Assembly: GCA_021513695.1 (NCBI GenBank)
Contig: CP084166.1
Coordinates: forward strand, 2,400,001-2,464,000
DNA: 64,000 bases
DNA from: Candidatus Heimdallarchaeum aukensis
Lineage (GTDB): Archaea; Asgardarchaeota; Heimdallarchaeia; Heimdallarchaeales; Heimdallarchaeaceae
Direction: 5' to 3'
Each line of letters starts with the position of its first letter. The stretch's first letter is position 1. The translations under genes were made by a program, and so were the position numbers. Below are positions 52,359 through 60,732 of this stretch, in pieces. Under the pieces are notes generated by a model, which was not told where the DNA came from, ran no database searches, and saw only the letters and a list, made by a program, of their open reading frames with translations.

Positions 52359-53141
52359 TTACTCCTTTGATTTATTTACTTTGTGAATGATATCAGTTAT
52401 TTCTTCAGTTAAACCTCCAGGCATGAAAATAACAACTTTCTCACTGGGGTCTTGGGCTATATCTCTTATGGTTTGCAATGTCCTAAGTTGTAAACCACCT
52501 TTTGTTTTAGTTAAAATTGTAGCAGCTTCAGATAGCTTTTTAGCTGCGATGAATTCACCTTCAGCTTTAATAATAACTGCACGTTTATCTCTTTCTGCTT
52601 CAGCTTGGATAGCAAAAGCTCTTTTCATTTCAGCTGGAAGTTCAATTTCTTGCATTTTAATTGCTTCAATATCTACTCCCCATTCACTTGTTTCTTTATC
52701 AACGATTTTCTTGATGTCTGCAGCTATTTGATCTCTCTCAGTTAAAACTTGGTCTAATTCCATTGTTCCAATGGTGTCTCTTAATGCAGCTTGTGTGTAT
52801 TGCTGAACTGCATAACGATAGTTAGCTATTTTTATCACTGCATCCTCCGGTCTTTCTACTTTGAAATAGACTACAGCATTAGTCAGAACAGGAATATTGT
52901 CCTTTGTCATAACTTCTTGTCGAGGAATATCTTGGGTAATTATTCTTAAATCAACTTTTACTCCTTTCTCTAATATAGGGATAACATACACGAGTCCTGG
53001 TCCTATCGTTCGTACATACTTACCAAGTCTAAAGACTACTATTCTTTCATATTCATAGGCTAATTTCAAACCAGAGATAAAAAATAAGCCAATTAAAACC
53101 ACGGCTACACTAATAATAACAATAAGCACTTCTTCTTCCAT
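52359..53141 (-). CDS. SPFH/band-7 (stomatin/prohibitin-like) membrane protein
   Basis: N-terminal TM helix, then VVFRLGKYVRTIGPGLVYVIPI...DLRIITQDIPRQEVMTKDN and a coiled-coil A/E-rich C-terminus. Confidence 0.88.
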   Translation of the reverse strand: MEEEVLIVIISVAVVLIGLFFISGLKLAYEYERIVVFRLGKYVRTIGPGLVYVIPILEKGVKVDLRIITQDIPRQEVMTKDNIPVLTNAVVYFKVERPEDAVIKIANYRYAVQQYTQAALRDTIGTMELDQVLTERDQIAADIKKIVDKETSEWGVDIEAIKMQEIELPAEMKRAFAIQAEAERDKRAVIIKAEGEFIAAKKLSEAATILTKTKGGLQLRTLQTIRDIAQDPSEKVVIFMPGGLTEEITDIIHKVNKSKE

Positions 53142-53434
53142 TTTCTATCAACTCTTTAGTCTAAGTTCTTTACATTAATCCTCAATTTTAAATCTATCCA
53201 AATAAAGTTCAATTTTTCTGATGTTCCAGCTGTGTCTTTAATTAGAATTAATATTTTTACCTACTTTCTAAAATCCAAAAATCGTTAATTTGCAAATGCT
53301 TTTAAATGAGAACAGTTTTACGTAACTTGAAGTTTTAAAATAATTCCTTATTTGTTTCAAAATAATGCAATTGTTTTAAACACTATGAAACACTAACTAC
53401 GATACAACACGATGTTAGATAAAACCAGTATACG

Positions 53435-54727
53435 GTGATAAAAATAAAATTCAACGAATTACCATTGACACATGAAACCATGCTAGCGATAGAAAAAATT
53501 GGTTTCACAACATTAACAGATATTCAAGAACAAGCTATTCCTCAGATACTTGAAAGAAATGACACTCATGTTTTAGCTCAAGCAAAAACAGGAACAGGAA
53601 AAACACTTTCTTTTGCAATTCCTTTGGTAGAAAAACTTGATCCAAAGAAGAAAATTGTTCAAGCAGTAATTATTGTTCCAACAAGAGAGCTGTGTAAACA
53701 AGTTCATTCAGTTATTAAAGAAGTATCAAGATATAGACGCTTTAAAACAGTAGAAGTCTATGGAGGAGTATCTATAAACAGACAAATAGAAAAAATAGAA
53801 TCAGGGGCACAGATTGTTATAGCTACCCCGGGGAGACTAATTGATCTTTACTATAGAGAGGTAATAAATCTAGATAAAGTAAGATTTGCCGTTTTAGATG
53901 AAGCAGATAAAATGTTAGATATGGGATTTTTCCCAGATATAGAGTTTATCTTGTTTGAAGCAATGAAAAATGCTAGACCACATTTAATGCTATTTTCAGC
54001 AACAATTATAGACACAATAAGAGAAATCGCTTTTGATTTCACTATTGGTCAAAAGTTATTGGAAATTGACGTATCTCATGACTCATTAACAGTTGAAAGT
54101 TGTGAACAATATTATTATAAAGTAAATGACCAAAGATACAAATATTCTACATTCAAACAGATTCTAAAAAAAGAGAACCCTAAATTTAGTATTATTTTTG
54201 TAAATACCAAAAAAATGGCAAACATTTTAGCAAAAAGATTACGACATGAAAAGGATTTATCTCTAAGAGTAGACATGCTACACGGTGATATGACACAAAG
54301 ACAAAGGGAGATAGTTACTAATCGTTTTAGAAAAAAACAATTAAATTGCTTGATTGCAACAAATGTAGCAGCAAGGGGATTAGATTTTCCACATATTACT
54401 CATATTTTCAATTATGATATACCTGACACAGTAGAAAACTATGTTCATAGGGTAGGTAGAACATCAAGAATGGGTTCATCTGGGACAGCTATTTCTTTAG
54501 TAGTTGATGATGGTAAACAATTAAGCCAGTTATATGCGATAGAACAATTTATTGATCTAGAAATAAAGAGACAACACATAAAATTCTCAAAAAGTGAACA
54601 TTCGGCTTCTAGTAATAGAGAAAAAAAACATAATGAAAATTCTAGTAATAGGTATAAAAATAAAAGTTCTAAAAAATCCAAATCTCCCTATTACAAAAAG
54701 GTCTATTCACAGATTGAAAGAAACTAG
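53435..54727 (+). CDS. DEAD-box ATP-dependent RNA helicase
   Basis: Q motif (F..LTDIQEQAIP), I AQAKTGTGKT, Ia PTREL, II DEAD, III SAT, VI HRVGRTSRMG. Basic K/N/S-rich C-terminal tail. GTG start. Confidence 0.93.
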   Translation: MIKIKFNELPLTHETMLAIEKIGFTTLTDIQEQAIPQILERNDTHVLAQAKTGTGKTLSFAIPLVEKLDPKKKIVQAVIIVPTRELCKQVHSVIKEVSRYRRFKTVEVYGGVSINRQIEKIESGAQIVIATPGRLIDLYYREVINLDKVRFAVLDEADKMLDMGFFPDIEFILFEAMKNARPHLMLFSATIIDTIREIAFDFTIGQKLLEIDVSHDSLTVESCEQYYYKVNDQRYKYSTFKQILKKENPKFSIIFVNTKKMANILAKRLRHEKDLSLRVDMLHGDMTQRQREIVTNRFRKKQLNCLIATNVAARGLDFPHITHIFNYDIPDTVENYVHRVGRTSRMGSSGTAISLVVDDGKQLSQLYAIEQFIDLEIKRQHIKFSKSEHSASSNREKKHNENSSNRYKNKSSKKSKSPYYKKVYSQIERN

Positions 54728-54782
54728 TTATTCTACTTTTTCTATTTTATTTTTTTAAATAGTCTTTAGGAACTCATTAATT

Positions 54783-55601
54783 TTATTTTTCCAATTGCGA
54801 TGTCAAGATTAGCAAATCTTTTTGGAATTTTTGGTATTTGTTATCACTTTTTTCTGAATCAGAGATAAGAGAAAGGATTTTTTGAAGATTCATTCTATGT
54901 ATCTCCTTCTCTTCAGGAGTAAACTTAGAGAAATCTACTTTTCCTGATTTCAACCCTTGTAAGTAATCCAAGTTTCTTTTTATTAAACTCCTGTCTTTTT
55001 GTATTTCATCGTGACCTGTGATTAACCACCTATAGTCAAAAGAAAGATATTTTTCTAATGTGTCGACATAAGATTCAAAATCTAAATTGTTAATGTAAGG
55101 AAAGGGATATTCAACATTATCTCCAACAAACAGAGCTTTATCCTGAATGTCAAAACAAGAAGCCGATTCTGCTGTATGTCCTGGACTACTAAAAAAGACT
55201 ATTTGATCCTCAGGGAAAAAAAGTTTTGAATGAAACAGAAGGTTGGGTTTAACTAATGAGACTTTTCCCTTCTGATGTTTTCCATATTTATTCAATTCTT
55301 TTTCTGCTTTTGTTCTGAACACTTTCTCAAAATGTTCTTGGGCTATAATTATTTGTTCTGTAAAAAAGCAGTTTCCCCAAATATGGTCATAATCTGCGTG
55401 AGAATTAAAAATAATAACCTTTCTAGGAAAAACCTTTTTTTGTTCTTTCAGATGTTTAAAGACACTTTCCATTGATTCTGGACCCAAAAACGTATCACAA
55501 ATGAATGTATGTTTCTTTCCAATAATCACGAAAACATTTGTTCTATATGGTTCTGAAAAGGTGAATAAAATCCCCCTTTTTCCTATCTCTTGAATTTCCA
55601 T
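54783..55601 (-). CDS. MBL-fold metallo-hydrolase
   Basis: HADYDHIWG (HxHxDH). Downstream His/Asp ligands (SPGHTAES, GDNV, TGHD). Confidence 0.7.
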   Translation of the reverse strand: MEIQEIGKRGILFTFSEPYRTNVFVIIGKKHTFICDTFLGPESMESVFKHLKEQKKVFPRKVIIFNSHADYDHIWGNCFFTEQIIIAQEHFEKVFRTKAEKELNKYGKHQKGKVSLVKPNLLFHSKLFFPEDQIVFFSSPGHTAESASCFDIQDKALFVGDNVEYPFPYINNLDFESYVDTLEKYLSFDYRWLITGHDEIQKDRSLIKRNLDYLQGLKSGKVDFSKFTPEEKEIHRMNLQKILSLISDSEKSDNKYQKFQKDLLILTSQLEK

Positions 55602-55816
55602 TATTATAACACAAATTAATGTTCTCTTTAATTTTTCTTTTTAGTAATAAAAAAATTGTTCATTACTAAGAAATGCTAAAAAGCAATTTATAGTTTCAAT
55701 TATTTTATGATTTTTGGCTTTATTGACGTTTTTATGTCAGTTTTATAAGAGTTGTTCGAGTTTTTGCAAAAACGAAAATAGTTATAAGATGGTCGGTGTC
55801 ATCTCCTATGACGTAA

Positions 55817-56113
55817 ATGATAGAACGAATGCGCTTTTGTGCACAAGCATTAATATCTGCTTTAGAGAATAATCAAACTCCTACAACTTGTCTAGATGAA
55901 TTTATTAGTTCGGTAAGAGATGCTTGGATAAAATTTGAACAGGGTCAAATAACAGTAGCAATAAATCAACTTCCAAGACCGATGTACATGTTTGTTATAG
56001 AAGAATTACCAAAAGTGATTAATGACCCTTCACAAAAAGAAAAAATAATTAAAGAATTAAAACTTTTTTTGAATACAATTGATTTAATTATTCAACCTAA
56101 AGAAATTAATTAA
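55817..56113 (+). CDS. hypothetical protein
   Basis: 98-aa ORF in AT-rich accessory-looking DNA. Confidence 0.35.
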   Translation: MIERMRFCAQALISALENNQTPTTCLDEFISSVRDAWIKFEQGQITVAINQLPRPMYMFVIEELPKVINDPSQKEKIIKELKLFLNTIDLIIQPKEIN

Positions 56114-56134
56114 GACAGTTTAAACACTTTCAAT

Positions 56135-56180
56135 AATTTTTTTGAATCTATTCAAAATCTATTCAAAATCTATTCAAAAT
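56135..56180. repeat. tandem direct repeat: four perfect copies of an 11-bp unit AATCTATTCAA
   Basis: Read directly: gAATCTATTCAAAATCTATTCAAAATCTATTCAAAATCTATTCAAaa. A degenerate fifth copy (AATCTATT) sits at 56869-56876, 20 bp upstream of the 56897 operon start. Confidence 0.9.
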
Positions 56181-56280
56181 CTATTCAAAATAAGCTTAAA
56201 AAATAAAAAAAATGATTGTTAGTTCCTTAAAACAATGTTTTAAGTTATTCTTATTCTATAATAAAAAAGATGATTTGTTA

Positions 56281-56415
56281 TTAATAACGATTATATCTTC
56301 TATTATTTTGTCTATGTTTTCTATAACAATCTTGACAATAGACGGGTCTTTCACCATCTGGTTTGAAAGGTACCTGTGCATTTTTTCCACAGTCATCACA
56401 AACGATGTCAAACAT
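56281..56415 (-). CDS. small (44 aa) Cys4 zinc-ribbon protein, not in the 60-aa ORF track
   Basis: Minus-strand translation MFDIVCDDCGKNAQVPFKPDGERPVYCQDCYRKHRQNNRRYNRY: CxxC-x19-CxxC with basic tail. Lies antisense to the listed low-complexity + strand ORF 56212..56493. Confidence 0.4.
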   Translation of the reverse strand: MFDIVCDDCGKNAQVPFKPDGERPVYCQDCYRKHRQNNRRYNRY

Positions 56416-56896
56416 TTCACGATTGTCTATGTAATTTTCTCTACTCAATATATTTCACCGATTATTGATTGGTTATACTTGAAAGTTCATTAGGATCCAA
56501 AAAATAGTTGAGACTAATTTAATGATTCTAAAAGTGAACTACAAATATACTAAGTTAATGAAATATATGTAGTATTTAAATTCTAGGTTTGAACTCAAGA
56601 ATTATTTATTTGATTTAAACTCAAAGTAAAAAGTCCTTCTAAACTTTCAAAGTTACTCTTATTGTTATTCTTAATGCTTTATTTTTCTTTTTTATCTGTT
56701 TTCTAGTCATATAATTTTTTTATCAAGACACATTTGTATTTGAAAAAAGAGAACTTTTTTTACATTAGTAGGAGAACTAACATTTTATTGATAAATTCTT
56801 GGATTATATATTAGCAAAAAATAATTATAAAAAAAACAGATTTTTCTACAATTTTCTTTAAATTTCAAAATCTATTTAAGTGAAAATGCATTCTTT

Positions 56897-57166
56897 TTGT
56901 TAGTACAATTGGTGAGTAAAGTGGATAGTTCTGATTCTTCTATTATAGTTGAAAAAATTAAAAAAGAAATAAATAGTTATGAATCTTCGAGGGCGAAAGG
57001 AAAAAAACTTATTTTTGAGAAATCTACTCCTGAACTTCTAAATAGTTTAGTACAGTTTCTAAATGATTTTTTTGATAAGTATTCTAAAACAGAAAAAGTA
57101 GAAGAAATTAACGAATTTGTCGATCATCTATATTCTACATTAAGGTGGAAGAAAAATGATTACTAG
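56897..57166 (+). CDS. small hypothetical protein, first gene of three-gene operon
   Basis: 89-aa ORF (TTG/GTG start region). 11-bp overlap with the following ATPase gene. Confidence 0.4.
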   Translation: MLVQLVSKVDSSDSSIIVEKIKKEINSYESSRAKGKKLIFEKSTPELLNSLVQFLNDFFDKYSKTEKVEEINEFVDHLYSTLRWKKNDY

Positions 57167-58982
57167 TGTAAGCGTGAAAAATTGGAAAAAGTTTGATCAA
57201 CAAAAAGAATGGACTTTTGATAAAGGAATCCAACTTATTTATGGTCCTAACACAAGCGGTAAATCTTCTCTCCTCGAAGCTATCTATTTTGCTTTTTTTG
57301 GAGTAAATGAGAAGGTAGATGGAAACCCTACTTATAATTCGAATGAATCTGCAATTGTAACTGTTGATTTCATCTCTGATACTGGAGATAAGTATAGAAT
57401 AATCAGGAGTTATAAGAAAATTAAAAGAAAAGAAGAATCTTTTACACTTTACAAATTGGTTGATGGAAAAGAGGAGTTTTTCTCTGAAAACCCTCAAGAT
57501 GCAATTAAACTCTACGGAAAATTTGAAGATATTTTTACTCACATAATTTTTCTAAAAGAAGGAGAAATATACAGAACGCTATCGCGGATGAAAAGTAACT
57601 TAGATGAAGAACTATCCTATTTGTTGAACTTACAACGATTTGACGTTCTTCGTGAGAAATTGAGAGAAACAAGACTTAAGGTAATTAAGAAACAGAAAGA
57701 AAGTGTAAAGAAAGATCCAGCGTATTTGTCTGAAAAAGAGATAAACGAGTTTAAAGAGAAGTTGCATAGTCTAAATAATGAAAAAGAGAAGTTGGAAGGA
57801 AAGAAAAAGAAAGTAATCCACGATAAGAAACTTGCTGAGAAAAGATTTTCATTAAATAAAAAGTTGAAAGAGCTTGATTCTGAAAAACAAAAATATGGTG
57901 AAACAATAAAAAATATTAGAACCAAGTATGAAAATAAAGAATCTTTGATTGATTTTTTGAACAATGAAATTGCGGTATTAGAAAATAAAAATGAACAGTT
58001 AGATATAAAATGTTCTAAACTTAGCAGCGAAAAAGCTGAAAAAGAAGGAGAAAAAAGGAGACTAAATAAATTAATTAATGAAATTAACTCATTCAAATCT
58101 TCTGGAACTACCACATGTCCTACTTGTTATCAAAAAGTCGACCCTATGATTCTTCAAGAAGCTATTGAGGGTTTCAGCAAAAAAGTTAAAGATTTAGAAA
58201 ATGCATTGTTTCAACTTAATTCTTCCATAAATGAAATTAATGAAGAAAAGAGAATAATCTCTCAAAAGATAAGGGAAATTAAAGAAGACTTATTTGATCT
58301 TGAAAATGCTAAAAAAGGAATCAGTTTCATTCAACAGGAGATAAATGAGATAAACAATTATCTAAACTCACTTCCCCACACTGAAAATATTGAAAATTAT
58401 TCAATGCAGATAGAAGATCTAGAAGACGAAATAAGTAACATTAATGTGGAAATAAGAACAGTAGAGAAAAAGTTGAGTTCAAGTAAACAAGAAGGGATAA
58501 TGATTGACGAGTTAGAATTTCAAGAAAAGTTTATTGAATTAGTTGAAAATAAACTGAGTGAATATAAAGATGAGTTGCTTGAAAGAAAATTAAATGAAAT
58601 TAAAGGAGTAATAAAAGAAAAATGGGCAGAAATATGGGATAAAGAAATTTGGTCCATAGAATTTGATGACAATTTAGTTCCTACAATTAGCTTTAAGTAT
58701 AAAGGAACAACTATTCAACAAAATTTGCGCAGTTTTTCAGCGAGTGAAAAAATACTTTTAAGTGTCATTTTACGCGCTGCTTTAATTGATAAACTTTTAA
58801 GCGTAAAAACAATGATTCTAGATGACCCCTCAATCTTTTTAGACCAAGAAAGTGTTAAAATTGCTGCTCGATTCTATCGTGAACTTATAGATAATAAACA
58901 TGTGGATCAGATAATTATGACCACATTTGATGAATCTTTCAAAGAATTATTAAAACCTGAAAAAGTGATAAACCTTGAGTAA
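57156..58982 (+). CDS. Rad50/SbcC/SMC-like ABC ATPase with central zinc hook (short, 608 aa)
   Basis: N-terminal Walker A GPNTSGKSSLLEAI. About 480-aa K/E-rich coiled coil. CPTC zinc-hook motif at about residue 321 (nt about 58116-58127), at the coiled-coil midpoint. Degenerate signature SASEK. Walker B TMILDDP. D-loop and His (HVDQIIMTTFD). Confidence 0.8.
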   Translation: MITSVSVKNWKKFDQQKEWTFDKGIQLIYGPNTSGKSSLLEAIYFAFFGVNEKVDGNPTYNSNESAIVTVDFISDTGDKYRIIRSYKKIKRKEESFTLYKLVDGKEEFFSENPQDAIKLYGKFEDIFTHIIFLKEGEIYRTLSRMKSNLDEELSYLLNLQRFDVLREKLRETRLKVIKKQKESVKKDPAYLSEKEINEFKEKLHSLNNEKEKLEGKKKKVIHDKKLAEKRFSLNKKLKELDSEKQKYGETIKNIRTKYENKESLIDFLNNEIAVLENKNEQLDIKCSKLSSEKAEKEGEKRRLNKLINEINSFKSSGTTTCPTCYQKVDPMILQEAIEGFSKKVKDLENALFQLNSSINEINEEKRIISQKIREIKEDLFDLENAKKGISFIQQEINEINNYLNSLPHTENIENYSMQIEDLEDEISNINVEIRTVEKKLSSSKQEGIMIDELEFQEKFIELVENKLSEYKDELLERKLNEIKGVIKEKWAEIWDKEIWSIEFDDNLVPTISFKYKGTTIQQNLRSFSASEKILLSVILRAALIDKLLSVKTMILDDPSIFLDQESVKIAARFYRELIDNKHVDQIIMTTFDESFKELLKPEKVINLE

Positions 58983-60579
58983 AACTAAATTTTTATTCGT
59001 TTTTGACACTTCTTTTTTTTGGTCTCTTTTAAATGTTAATCGGCATCAATTGATCCAAGATATTAAAGAAGTATTTGACTATGTTCCAAATATTCAATAT
59101 ATTGCTCCCAAAGTGATTTTAAAGGAACTATCTGGAAAATATAAAGATAAATGTCCTTTTCTAGAGCGGCATATTCAATTTACAGACATTGAAATTACAG
59201 AGGAGGAATTAAAAGAACTTAAAAAATTGAATAGTTCCTTGCCTAATCATGCATTTGAGAGAAAGGAAAAAGGTGATTACATAATAATTAACACTGCAAA
59301 AAAGTATGATGATTCAGAAGCAGTCAAATTTGTTGTAAGTAATGACGAGGGAATTCATCTGTTTCTTGATCAAGCTATCCCAGAAGAGAAAATAAAACCA
59401 ATCTGGGTAGCTAGATTTTTATCCTTTTTAGCCAAACAATCCTTAACTAAAAACCAAAAACGAAGGTTTACTCAAGCATCTGAAATGCTAGAAGAATATA
59501 TTGATACTTATCGTATAAAATCAAAGAGAGGAGAAACACCCTTTTACGATATAGAAAAAATACTAATGTCAGCTAAATTTTTACCTGCTGAAGAACAAAT
59601 TAATAGATTGCAAGAAGCTCTAGAAAATCAGATAATTACAGGAGAAAAAAGTGATACACTTCCTTCTTTTATTAATCAAATAGGCTCAAAACTGCATCAA
59701 ATCTTTTCCTATATAGATTTAGGTGAAACAAATGTTATTGAATCTCAACTCGAATCTGTAGAAGTAATAATTATGAATTTAAGTTTAGAGCAACGAGAGA
59801 CAGTTTACAAAATTATCAGTTTTTACCTGATTACAATTTTAAATCGGTTAGCTTCAATTTATGACCAAAATGGAGCTTTTTCTGGAATTGTTTCTGCATT
59901 AGAAAGAGCAAAGTTTTACTTAAAATATGTTGATGAATATGAAGACAAAAGTCAACTTTATGCAATTTTAAGTTGGATACACCTATTAAATAATTCAAAC
60001 GATTTATCACGGTATTATTTTTCAAAGGTAACAGATAAAAACTTTGAACTAGCAAAGAAACTAACAGCGTTGTTGGAACTGTATGATACTCCATTGGCAA
60101 AGATCGATACAAGATTGTATGAACTAGTTCCATCAGAAACTTGGAAAAACCTTAACGAAACACTAGCTATCTGTCCCAATAGACTACTACGAGAGAAAAT
60201 AGCCTATATTGTGAATACCTTTGAAATAAAACCCTCATTTGTTTTTGATGCAAGGCATTTTAATTTAAAAAATATGGAAATAAAAGAAAACTCTTTGCTT
60301 TCATTTCTAAAAGAGCAGTTTAGAATATTGAATATAATAAAAAAAGAAAGTTCAGTAGTAATTGAGTGTCATGACAGTAAAATAGGTCAAATTGAACTTC
60401 GTTTGCCTATCATCAGGACTATACTTAAAGTGTCACCTGGTGATTTAATAAGCTTTAGAGGGGGAACAATAGCAAAAATAAAGAAACCAAGTCCTGGAAA
60501 AAAACATTCTGCAACAATATATTTCAGTAAATTAGAAGAAGATGATTGTATTATTTCAAAAGATAGTAAACTGATTTAG
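58975..60579 (+). CDS. hypothetical protein with PIN-like N-terminal domain and long alpha-helical C-terminal region; partner of the Rad50-like ATPase
   Basis: 8-bp overlap with the upstream gene. N-terminus FLFVFDTSFF... (PIN motif-I-like Asp). DYIIINTAKKYDD and FVVSNDEGI resemble the PIN distal acidic motifs. The remaining about 400 aa is helical. Confidence 0.45.
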   Translation: MSKTKFLFVFDTSFFWSLLNVNRHQLIQDIKEVFDYVPNIQYIAPKVILKELSGKYKDKCPFLERHIQFTDIEITEEELKELKKLNSSLPNHAFERKEKGDYIIINTAKKYDDSEAVKFVVSNDEGIHLFLDQAIPEEKIKPIWVARFLSFLAKQSLTKNQKRRFTQASEMLEEYIDTYRIKSKRGETPFYDIEKILMSAKFLPAEEQINRLQEALENQIITGEKSDTLPSFINQIGSKLHQIFSYIDLGETNVIESQLESVEVIIMNLSLEQRETVYKIISFYLITILNRLASIYDQNGAFSGIVSALERAKFYLKYVDEYEDKSQLYAILSWIHLLNNSNDLSRYYFSKVTDKNFELAKKLTALLELYDTPLAKIDTRLYELVPSETWKNLNETLAICPNRLLREKIAYIVNTFEIKPSFVFDARHFNLKNMEIKENSLLSFLKEQFRILNIIKKESSVVIECHDSKIGQIELRLPIIRTILKVSPGDLISFRGGTIAKIKKPSPGKKHSATIYFSKLEEDDCIISKDSKLI

Positions 60580-60732
60580 CATTGTTTCTATTCATTCACT
60601 ATCGAATTATTTTACTTTGGAAAGAATAAGATGTAATGCAATAAATTATGCAGACTTAAAAAATAACATGCGTGTTTGCAATCATTTAAAATATACTTAT
60701 ATACTCTCTTTAAAAGAACACATGATGCATAT

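Noticed and set aside
56135-56180. CRISPR array
   Set aside because: The unit is only 11 bp with no intervening unique spacers. It is a simple tandem repeat.
56212-56493. Listed 93-aa + strand ORF
   Set aside because: Low-complexity I/L/S-rich translation that is the mirror of AT-rich DNA. It overlaps the far more convincing minus-strand Cys4 zinc-ribbon ORF.
57135-58114. Minus-strand ORFs 57135..57542 and 57617..58114 overlapping the Rad50-like gene
   Set aside because: Antisense of a K/E-rich coiled-coil gene gives F/S/L-rich pseudo-ORFs. The sense gene has Walker A/B, signature and zinc hook.
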